Shown here: positions 25,701 through 37,700 of the stretch, in pieces | Layout of the letters: the number at the start of each line of letters is the position of its first letter | Numbering within the stretch: position 1 is the stretch's first letter | Assembly: GCF_009914755.1 (NCBI RefSeq) | Contig: NC_060930.1 | DNA: 64,000 nucleotides | Origin: the human T2T-CHM13v2.0 reference genome, Homo sapiens | Reading direction: 5' to 3' (one strand) | The notes under the pieces: model-generated | What the model saw: only the letters and a program-made list of their open reading frames with translations | What the model was told of the DNA's origin: nothing | The model's database searches: none | Made by a program: the position numbers and the translations under genes

Positions 25701-28700
25701 AACTCTGCAAGGTGAATGCACACATCATAAATCAGTTTTTCAGATAGCTTTCTTCTAGTTTTTGTCCAGGTCTAGTTGTTTTTTCACCATTGGCCTCAAT
25801 GAGCTCCCAAATGTCCATTCACAGAATGGACAAAAACAGTGTTTCCAAACAGGTGAATCAAAAGAAAGGTTTAACTCTGTGAGATCAATGCAAACATCAC
25901 AAAGCAGTTTCTCAGAAAGGATCTTTCACGTTTTCATATGAAGATATTTACTTTTTCACCATAGGCCTCAAAGGGCTCCCAAATATCCCTTCGCAGATTC
26001 TACAGAAACAGTGTTTCCAAACTGCTGAATCAAAAGAGTAGTTTATTTCTGTGAGATGAATGCAACATCAGAAAGTAGTTTCGCAGAAAGCACCTTTCTA
26101 CTTTGTATCTGAAGATATTTTATTTTTCACCAAAGGTATCAATGGACTCCAAATATCCCTTCACAGATTTTACCAAAACAGTGTTTCCAAAAAGCTGAAT
26201 GAAAAGAAAGGTTTAACTCTGTGAGATGAATGCACACATCACAAAGCAGTTTCTCAGATAGCTTCCTTCTAGTTTTTATCTTGGAATACTCACTTTTTCT
26301 CCATTCACATCAATGAGCTCTGAAATATCCATTTGCAGAAAAGACAAAAACAGTGTTTCCAAAATGCTGAATCAAAAGAAAGATTTACCTCTGTGAGATG
26401 AGTGCACACATCACAAAGCAGTTTCTCAGAAACTGTTTTTCCTTTTGTTTTTATGCTTTTGTTTTTATCTTATTTTCTTTTTCACCATAGGCCTCAATGT
26501 GCTGAAAATTTCCCTTCACATATTGTACAAAAACATTGTTTCCCAACTGCTGTTTGAAAAGGAAATTTTAACTTGGCAAGATGAATACACACATCATAAA
26601 GTGCTTTCTCAGAAAGCTTCTTTCTAGTTGTTATCTGAAGATATTTTCTTTTTCACCATAGGCCTCAATGTACTCCCAAATATCCCTTTGCATATTCTAC
26701 AAAAACAGATTTTCTAAACTGTTGAATGAAAAGTAAGGTTTATGTCTGTGAGATGAATGCACACATCACAATGTGGTTTCTCAGATTACTTCCTTGCAGT
26801 TTTTGTCCTGGAATATCCCCTTTTTTTTGCCAATGGCCTCAATGAGTTCCCAAATGTCCTTTCACACAACGGACAAAAACAGTGTTTCCAAACTGCTAAA
26901 TGAAAAGAAAGTTATAACTCTGTGAGATTAATGTACACATCACAAAAGAGTTTTTCAGAAAGATTCTTTCTGGTTTTTATCTGAAGATATTTTCTTATTC
27001 ACAGTAAGCCTCAATGCAATCCCAAATATCCCTTCACAGATTCTACAAAAACTGTGTTTCCAATCTGCTGAATGAAAAGAAAGGTTTAACTCTGTGAGAT
27101 GAATCCACACATCACAAAGCAGTCTCTCAGATAGTTTCCCTCTAGTTTTTATCCTGGGTTATTCACTTTTTCAAATTATGCCTGAATTAGCTTCTAAAGG
27201 TCCATTTGCAGAAAGGATGAAAACAGTGTTTCCAAACTGTTGATTGAAAAGAAAGGTTTAACTCTGTGAAATGAAGGCCCTCATCACAAAGCAGTTTCTC
27301 AGAAAGCTTCTTTCTACTTTTTATCTGAAGATAATTTCGTTTTCACCATAGGCCTCAATGTGATCCCAAATATCCCTTCAATGATTCTACAGAAACAGTG
27401 TTTCCAAACTGCCGGGTGAAAGAAAGGTTTAACTCTGTGAGATGAATGCACACCTAGCAAAGTTGTTTCTCATATAGCTTCGTTCTAGTTTTTATCCTGG
27501 GACAGTCACCTTAAGTCAATTGGTCTCAATGAGCTCCCACGTCTTTTCACAGAATGGACAAAAACGTGTTTCCAAACTGCTGCATCAAAAGAAAGGCTTA
27601 ACACTGTGAGATGAATGCACCCATCACAAATAATTTCTCAGAAAGCTTCTTTCTATTTTTTATCAGAAGATATTATCTTTTTCACTGTAGGCTCAAGGCA
27701 GTCCAAAATGTGACTTCTCAGATTCTACAAAAACAGTGTTCCCAAACTGCTGAATGAAAAGAAAGGTTTAACTCTGTGAGATGAATGCACACATCAGAAA
27801 GCAGTTTCTCAGAAAGCTTCTTTCTACTTTTTATTCTAGGATACTCATTTTTTCACCATTGGCCTCAATAAGTTCCCACATGTCCATTCGAGGAATGGAC
27901 AAAAACAGTGTTTCCAAACTGCTGAATTAAAAGTAAGGCTTAAATCTGCAAGTTGAGTGTGCACATCAGAAAGCTGTTTCTCAGACAGCTTCCCTCTAGT
28001 TTTTATCCTGGGATATTCGCTTTTTTACTAGTGGCCTCTATGAGCAACAAAATGTCCATTCACAGAATGGATAAAAACAGTATTGCCAAACTGCTGAATC
28101 TAAGGAAATATTTAATTCTAAGAGATGAATGCACACATAACAAAGCAGTACCTCAGAAATCTTCTTTCTACTTTTTACCTGAAGATATTTTCTTTTATAC
28201 CATAGGCCTCATTGCTCTCACAAATATCCCTTCGCAGATTCTACAAAAACAGTGTTTCCAAACAGCTGATTGAAAAGAAAGGCTTAACTCAGTGAGATTA
28301 ATCCACACACCACAAAGCAGTTTCTCAGATAGCTTCCTTCTAGTTTTTATCCTGGGTTATTCACTTTTTCACCTTAGGCCTCAATTAGCTCCCAAAGGTT
28401 CATTTGCAGAAAGGACAAAAACAGTGTTTCCAAACTGCTGAATCAAAAGAAAGGTTTAATTCTGTGAGATGAAGGTACTCATCACAAAGTAGTTTCTCAG
28501 AAAGCTTCCTTCTATTTTATCTTAAGATAATTTATTTTACCCATAGGCCTCAATGTGTTCCCAAATATCCCTTTGATGATTCTACAGAAACACTGTTTCC
28601 AAACTGCTGAATGAAAGAAAGGTTTAACTCTCCAAGATGAATGGACACATCACAAATCAGTTTCTCATGTAGCTTTCTTCTAGTTTTTATCCTGGGATAG

Positions 28701-31700
28701 TCGCCTTTTGTCAATTGGCTTCAATGAGCTCCCAAATGTCCATTCGCAGAATGATCAAAAACTTGTTTCCAAACTGCTAATTCTAAAAAGGTATTAACTC
28801 TGTGAGATGAATACGCCCATCACAAATAATTTCTCAGAAAGCTTCTTTCTATCTTTTATCAGAATATATTATCTTTTTTACCATAGGACTCAAAGCACTC
28901 CAAAATATTACTTTGCAGATCCTACAAAAACAGTATTTCCAAAATGCAGAATGAAAAGCAAAGTTTAACTCTGTGGGATGAATGCACCCATCACGGAGCA
29001 GTTTCTCAGATAGCTTCCTTCTAGTTTTATCCCAGGATATTCACTTTTTTATCATTGGCCTCAATGAGTTCTCAAATGTCCATTCACAGAATAAAGAAAA
29101 ACAGTGTTTCAAAACTGCCGAATGCAAAGAGAGGTTTAACTCTGTAAAATGAAATGCAAACATCAAAAAGTGGTGTCTCAGAAAGCTTCTTCCTACTTTT
29201 TTATCTGAGATAATTTCTTTTTCCCCATAGGCCTCAATGCACTCCCAAATATCCCTTCACAGATTCTATGCAAACAGTGTTTCAAAACTGCTGAATGTAA
29301 AGAAAGGTTTAACTCTGTGAGATGAACGCACACAACGCAAAGCAGTTTCTCAGATAGCTTCCTTCTAGTTTTTATGTTGGGATATTCACTTTTTTGTCAT
29401 TGGCCTAAATGAATTCAAAAATGTACATTTGCAGTATAAACAAAAACAGTTTTTCCAAACTGCTGAATGAAAAGAAAGGTTTAACTGTGTAAGATGAGGG
29501 CACACATCACAAAGCAGTTTCCCAGAAATCTTCTTTCTACTTTTTTATCTGAGAATATTTTCTTTTTCACCATAGGTCTCAAGGCACTCCCAAATATCCC
29601 TTTGCAGATTATACAAAACAGTGTTTCCAAACTGCTGAATCAAAAGAAAGGTTTAACTCTTTGAGATGAATGCACCCATCACAAATAATTTCTCAGGAAG
29701 TTTCTTTCTATTTTTTATCAGAATATATTATCTTTTTCACTATAGGCCTTAAAGCCCTCCAAAATACTACTTCGGAGATTGTAGAAAAACTGTGTTTCCA
29801 CACTGCTGAATGAAAAGAAAAGTTTAAATCTGCAAGATGAATGCACACATCACAAAGCATTTTTTCAGAAAGCTTCTTTCTAGTTTTTATCCTAAGATAC
29901 TTGCTTTTCACCATTGGCCTCAATGAGTTCCCAAATGTCCATTCACAGAATGGAGAAAAACAGTGATTCCAAACTGAAGATACAAAAGAAAATTTTAACT
30001 CTGTGAGATGAATGCACACATCATTGTGATGTTTCTCAGAAAGCTTCTTTCTAATTTTTATCTCAAGATATTTTCTTTTTTTACCATTCTTTTTTACCAT
30101 TTGGAGCCTCAATGTGTTCCAAAATATCCATTCACAGATTCTAAAAAAACAGTGATTCCAAACTGCTGAATGAAAAGAAAGTTTTAACTCTGTGAGATGA
30201 ATGCATATAACACAAAGCAGTTTCTCAGATAACTTCCTTCTAGTTTTTATCCTGGAATATTCACTTTTTTGCCATTGGTCTAAATGAGTTCCCAAATGCA
30301 CATTCACAGTATAAACAGAAAGACTGTTTCCAAACTGCCGAATCAAGAGAAACTTTAAACTCCATAAGATGAATGCACATATCACAAAGCAGTTTCTCAG
30401 AAATCTTCTTTCTGATTTTTATCTGAGAATATTTTTTTTTCACCACAGGCCTAAATGCACTCCCAAATATCCCTTCGCAGCTTCTACAAAAACACTGCTT
30501 CCAAATTGCTGAATGAAAAGAAAGTTTTAACGCAGCGAGATAAATGCACACATCTCAAAGCAGTTTCTCAGATAGTTTTCTTCTAGGTTTTGTCCTGTGA
30601 TATATGCTTTTTTGCCAAGCTTCTTTCTAGTATTTATCTAATGATAATTTGTTTTTCACTTTTGGCTCTATGAGCTCTTAAGTGTACATTCACAGAATGG
30701 ACAAATGCAGTGTTTACAAACTGCTGAATCAAAAGAAAATTTTAACTCTGTGAGATGAATGCACATATCACAAAGCAGTTTTCAGAAGTCTTCTTTCTAT
30801 GTTTTATCTGAAGATATTTTCTTTTTCATCATAGGCCTCAGGGCACTCTGAAATATCCCTTTGAAGATTCTACAAAAACATTGTTTCTAAACTGCTGAAG
30901 GAAAAGAAAGGTTTAAATCTGTGAGATGAATGCACACATTACAAAGCAGTTTCCCTCCTAGCTTCCTTTTAGTTTTTATCCTTGGATATTCCCCTTTTTT
31001 GCCATTGCCCTCAATGATTTCCAAAATGTCCTTTCTCAGAATGGACAAAAACAGTGTTTCCAAACTGCTGAATCAAAATAAAGGTTTAACACTGTGAGAT
31101 GAATGTGCACATCATGAAGCAGTTTCTCAGAATGCTTCTTTCTTATTTTTATCTGAATTTATTTTCTTTTTCACGATAGGTTTCAATTTGCTCCCAAATA
31201 TCACTTTGCAGATTCTACAAAAACAGTGTTTCCAAACTGATGAATGAAAACAAAGGTTTAACTATGCAAGATGAATGTATGCATCACAAAGCAGTTTCTC
31301 AGAGTGCTTCCTTCCAGTTTTTATCCTGGGATATTCACTTTTTTGCCATTGGCCTCAATGAGCTCCCAAATGTCCATTCGCAGAATGGACAAAAACAGTG
31401 TTTTGAAACTGCTAAACCAAAAGAAATGTTAAACTCTGTGATATGAATGCACACATTCAAAGCAGTTTCTCAGAAATCTTCTTTCTCCTTTTTGTCTGAA
31501 GACACTTTCTTTTTCACCAGAGGTCTCAATGGTCTCCCAAATTCACAGATTGTACAAAATATAGTTTCCAAACTGCTGAATGAAAAGAAAGGTTTAACTC
31601 TGTGAGATGAATTCACACATCACAAAGCAGTTTCTAAGATAGCTTCCTTTTGTTTTTCTGCTGGGATATTCACTGTTTCACCAATGGCGTCAATGAGCTC

Positions 31701-34700
31701 CCTAAAGTCCATTCATAGAATGGACTAAAACTGTTTCATAACTGCTGAAGGAAAAGAAAGGTTTAACTCTGTGAGATAAATGCACACATCACAAAGCAGT
31801 TTCTCAGAAATCTTCTTTCTACTTCTTATCTGAAGTTATTTTCTTTTTCAACATAAGCCTAAATACGCTCCCAAATATCCTTTGACAGATTCTACAAAAA
31901 CAGTGTTTCCAAACTGATGAATGGAAAGAAAGGTTTAACTCTATGAGATGAATGCATGCATCACAAAGTGGTTTCTCAGATAGCTTATTTCTAGTTTTTA
32001 TCCTGGGATATTCACTTTTTCACCATTGGCCTTAATGAGCTCCCTAATGTCCATTTGCATGTTGGACAGAAACAACATTTTCCAAACTGCTGAAACAAAA
32101 GAAAGGTTTAACTCTGTGAGATGAATGCACACATCAAAAAGCAGTTTCACAGAAAGGTTCTTTTTAGTTTTTATCTGAATATATTTTCTTTTTCAACACA
32201 GGCCTCAATGCGCTCCCAAATATAACTTTTCAGATTCTACCAAAACAGTGTTTCCAAACTGCTGAATGAAAAAAAGGTTTAACTCTGTGAGATGAATGCA
32301 AGCATAACAAAGCAGTTTCTCAGATAGCTTACTTCTAGTTTTTATCCTGGGATATTCACTTTTTCACCATTGGACTGAATGATCTCCCTGATGTCCATTC
32401 ACAAAATGGAGAAAAACAGTATTTCCAAACTGCTGAATCAAAACAAAGTTTTAACTCTGTGAGATGAATGCAAACATCACAAAGCCGTTTCTCAGAGAGC
32501 TTCCTTCTAGTTTTATCTGAAGATATTTTCTGTTTCATGATTGGCCTCAATGCTCTCCCAATTACCCCTTTGCAGAATCTACATAAACAGTGTTTCCAAA
32601 CTGCTGAATGAAAGAAAGGTTTAGCTCTGCGAGATGAATGCACACATCAGAAAGAGGTTTCTCAGATATCTTCCTTCTAATTTTTATACTGGGATTTTCC
32701 ATTTTTTGCCATTGGCCTCAAAGAGCTCCCAAATCTCCATTCACAGAATGGACAAAAACAGGGTTTTCAAAACTGCTGAAACAGAAGAAAGGTTTAAATC
32801 TGTGAGATGAATGCACACATCAAAATGCAGTTTTTCAGAAAGCTTCTTTTCAGTTTTCATCTGAAGATATATTCTTTTTCACCATAGGCCTCAATGTGCT
32901 CCCAAATATAACTACACAGATTCTACAAAAACAGTCTTTCCAAACTGCTGAATGATAAGAAAGGTTTAACTCTGTGATATAAACTCATGCATCCCAAAGC
33001 AGTTTCTCAGATAGCTTACTTCTAGTTTTTATCACGGGATATTGACTTTTTCACCAACGGTCTTAATGAGCTCCCTAATGTCCATTCTCAGAATGCACAA
33101 AAAACAGTATTTCCAAATTTCTGAATCAATAGAATGTTTTAACTCTGTGAGATGAATGCACACATGACTAAGCAGTTCCTCAGAATGCTTCCTTCTTGTT
33201 TTATCTGAAGATATTTTCTGTTACACCATAGGCCTCAATGCTTTCTGAAATATCCCTTCACAGAGTCTACAAAAACAGTGTTTCCAACTGCTGAATGAAA
33301 GAAAGGTTTAACTCTGTGACATGAATGTACACATCACAAAGAGTTATCTTATATAGCTTCCTTCTAGTTTTTATCTTGGGATATTCACTTTTTCTCCATT
33401 GCCCTCAATGAGCTCCCAAATGTCCCTTTGCAGAAAAGAGAAAAACTGTTTTTCCAAACTGCTGAATCAAAAGGAAGGTTAAACTCTATAAGAAGAACGC
33501 CCACATCACAAAGAAGTTTCTCTGAAATCTTATTTCTACTTTTTGTCTCAAGATATTTTCTTTTTCACCATAGACCTCAATGCACTCCCAAATATCCCTT
33601 CAAATATTGTACAAAAACAGTGTTTCCAAACTACTGAATGAAAAGGAAAATTTACCTCCATGATGTGAATGCACACATCACAAAGCAGTTTCTCAGACAG
33701 CTTCCTTCTAGTTTTTATTCTGGGATATTCACTTTTTCACCATTGGCCTCAATGATCCCCCTAATGTCCATTCACAGAATTGACAAAAAGAGTTTTTCCA
33801 AACTGCTGCATCAAATAAAGTGTTTAACTCTTTGAGATGAATGAACACATCACAGAGCCATTTCCCAGAAAGGTTCTTTCTAGTTTTTATCTGAAGATAT
33901 TTTCTATTTCACCATAGGCCTCAATGAGCTCCAAAAAATCTCTTCACAGATTCTACAAACACAGTGTTTCCAAACTGCTGAATGAAAAGAAAGATTTAAC
34001 TCTGTGAGATGAATGCACACATCTGAAAGCAGTTTCTCAGATAGCTTCCTTCTATTTTTTATGCTGGGATATCTGCTTTTTTGCCATTGACCTCAGTGAG
34101 CTCCCAAATGTCCATACGCAGAATGGACAAAAACAGTGTTTCCAAGCTGCTGAATCAAAAGAAAGATTTAACTCTATCAGATGCATGCTCACATCAAAAA
34201 TCAGTCTCCCAGAGAGGTTCTTTCAGCTTTTTATCTGAAGATCTTTCTTTTTCACCATAGACCACAATATGCTCCCAAATATCCCTTTGCAGATTCTACA
34301 AAAACAGTGTTTCCAAACTGCCAAATGAAAAGAAAGGTTTAACTCTGCAAGATGAATGTACACATCACAAAACTGTTTCTCAAGTAATTTCTGTAGAGTT
34401 TTTGTCCTGGGATATTCACTTTTTTCCATTGGCCTCAATGAGCTCCCAAAAGACCATTCACAGAAGGGACAAAAACAGTGTTTCCAAAGTGCTGAATCAA
34501 AAGAAATGCTTAACTCTGTGAGATGAATACACACATCACAAAGCAGTTTCTCAGAAAGCTCCTTTCTAGTGTTTATCTGAAGATATTTCTTTTTCTCTGT
34601 AGGCCTCAAGGCTCTCCCAAATTTCCCTTCACAGATTCTACAGAAACAGTGTTTCCATTTGCTGAATGAAAGAAAGGTTTAACTCTGTGAGATGAATGCT

Positions 34701-34780
34701 CACATGACAAAGAGTTTTCTTAGATAGCTTCCTTCTAGTTTTTATCTTGGGATATTCACTTTTTTGCCACTGCCCTCAAT
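22763..34780 (-). repeat. Diverged dimeric alpha satellite, - orientation
   Basis: Same reverse-complement monomers; resumes at AGATGAATGCACACATC. Confidence 0.97.
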
Positions 34781-37700
34781 ATCCCACAATAAAAACTTCA
34801 AGGAAGCTATCTGAGAAACCACTTTGTGGTGTGTGCATTCATCTCAGAGTTAAAATTTCCTTTCCATTCAGCAGTTTGGAAACACTGTTTTCCTAGAATC
34901 TGGCATGGGACATTGGGAGCACATTGTGGTCTATGATGAAAAACAAAATAAATTCAGAATTAAAACTTTCTTTTGATTCAACAGAATAAAAAAACTGTTT
35001 CTGTCCATTCTGTGAATGGACATTTGGGTGCTCATTGAGGCCAATGGTACAAAAGCAAATATCCCAGGATAAAAACTAGAAGGAAGGTATCTGAAAAATG
35101 GCTTTATGATGTGTGCATTCATCTCGCAGAGTTAAAACTTACTTTTCATTCAGGAGCTTGGAAACACAGTTTTTGTAAGATCTACAAAGGGTTATTTGGG
35201 AGCACAATGAGGCCTCGTATGAAAAAGAAAATAGCTTCAGATTAAAAGTACAAAGAAGCTTTCTGAGAAACTACTTTGTGATGTGTGCATTGATCTCACA
35301 GAGTTAAAACTTTCTTTTGATTCAGAAGTTTGGAAACACTGTTTTTGTCCATTCTGCAAATATACATTTGGAAGCTCATTGAGGCAAATGGTGAAAAAGC
35401 AAATATCCCAGGATAAAAACTAGAAGGAAGCTATCTGAGAAACCATGTTTTGATGTGTGCATTCATCTCACAGAAATAAACCTTTCCTTTATCAGCAAAT
35501 TGGAAACACTGATTTGTAGAATCCACGAAGGAATATTTGGGATTGATTTGAGGCCTGTGGTGAAAAAGAAAATACCTTCAGATAAAAACTAGAAAGAAGC
35601 TTTCTTAGAAACTCCTTTGTGACGTTTGCATTTATCAGGCAGATTTAAAGCTTTCTTTTCATTCAGTAGTTTGGAAACACTTTTTTTGTACAACCAGTGA
35701 AGGGATATTTTAGAGCGCAATGAGGCCTATGGCAGAAAAGAAAATATCTTCAAATAAAAAGTAGAAAAAAGCTTTTGAGAGACTGCTTTGTGATGTGTGC
35801 ATTCATCTCCCATAGTTAAAACTTTCTTTTGATTCAGTAGTTTGGAAACACTGTTATTGTCCATTCAGCAAATGGACAGTTGGGAGATCATTCAGGCCAA
35901 TGATGAAAAAGTGAATACCACAAGATAAAAGCTAGAAGAATCCGATTTGAGAAACTGCTTTGCAAGCTGTGCATTCATCTCACAAAGTTAAACGTTTCTT
36001 TTCATTCAGCAGTTTGGAAACACTGTTTTTGTAGAATCTGTGATGGGATGTTTCAGAGCACTTTGAGGCCTATGATGAAAAAGAAAATATCTTCAGATAA
36101 AAACTAGAAAGAAGCTTTCTGAGAAACTCATTTGAGATGTGTGAATTCATCTCACAGAGATAAACTTTTCTTTTGATTCAGCACTTTGGAAACACTGTTT
36201 ATTTCCATTCAGTTAATGGACATTTTTCTAGCTCATTGAAGGGAATGGTGAAAAAACAAATACCGTAGGATAAAAGCTGGAAGGAACCTATCTGAGAAAC
36301 CACTTTGTGATGTGTACATTCATCTCACAAAGGTAAACCTTTCTTTTCATTCAGCAATTTGGAAACACTCTTTTTGTAGAATATGCAAAGGGATATTTTA
36401 GAGTGTCTGAAGGCCTATGGTGAAATAGAAAATATCTTCAGATAAAAACTAGAAAGATGCTTTCTGAGAAACTTCTTTGTGATTTGTACATTAATCTGAC
36501 AGCTTTAAATTGTACTTTTCATTAAGCAGTTTGGAACCCGTTTTTGTCAATTCTGTGAATGGACATTTGGGAGCTAATTGAGGCCAAAGGCAAAAAAGCG
36601 AATATCCCAAGAAAAGAACTAGAAGGAAGCTATCTGAGAAACTGCATTGTAATGTGTGCACTCAACTCGCAGAGGTAAAACTTTCTTTTCATTCAGCAGT
36701 TCGGAAAAACTGTTTTTTAGAATCTGTGTGGTATACTTGTGTGTGCTTCGAGATCTATGCTGAAAAAGAAAATATCTTCAAATAAAAAGTAGAAAGAAGG
36801 TTTCTGAGAAACTGGTTTATGATGTGTGCATTCATCTCCCAGAGTTAAAAATTTATGTTGAGTCAGCAGTTTAGAAAACTGTTTTTGTCCATTCTGTGAA
36901 TGGACATTTGGGAGCTCTTTGAAGCCAAAGGCAAAAAAGATAATATCCCAGGATAAAAACTAGAAGGAAGCTATCTGAAAAACCGCTAATTGATGTGTTC
37001 ATTCATCTCTCAGAGATAAAACTTTCTTTTCATTCAGCAGTTTGGAAACACTGTTTTTGTAGAATCTGCAAAGGCATTATTTGGGAGTGTATTGAGGCAG
37101 ATGGTGGAAAAGAAAATATCTTCAGAAAAAAACTAGAGAGAAGCTTTCTGAGAAACTACTTTGTGATGTGCGGATTTATAGTGAAGAGTTAAACCTTTGT
37201 TTTGATTCAGCAGTTTGGAAACACTGTTTTTGTCCATTCTATGAATGGGCATCCGGGAGCTCAATGAAGCCTATGGTGAATACGGGAATAACCTGGCACA
37301 AAAATGAGAAGGAAGCTATCTTCCAATCAGCTATATGGTAGCTGATTGAGGCCAATGGTAAAAAAGCAAATATCCCAGGGTAAATCTAGAAAGAAGCTAT
37401 CTGAGAAACCACTTTGTGATTTGTGCATTCATCTTGAAGAATTAAATCTTCCTTTTAATTCAGCAGTTTGAAAACACTGTTTTTGTAGAATCTGTAAATG
37501 GACATTTCAGAGCACGTTGAAGCCTATAGTGAAAAAGAAAATATCTTCAGATAAATACTACAAGGAAGCTTTCTTAGAAACTGCTTTATGATGTGTGTTT
37601 TCATCTCACAGATTTAAACCTTTCTTTTAATTCAACAGCTTGGAAACACTGATTTTGTCCATTCTGCAAATGGACATTTGGGAGCTCATTGAGGCCAATG

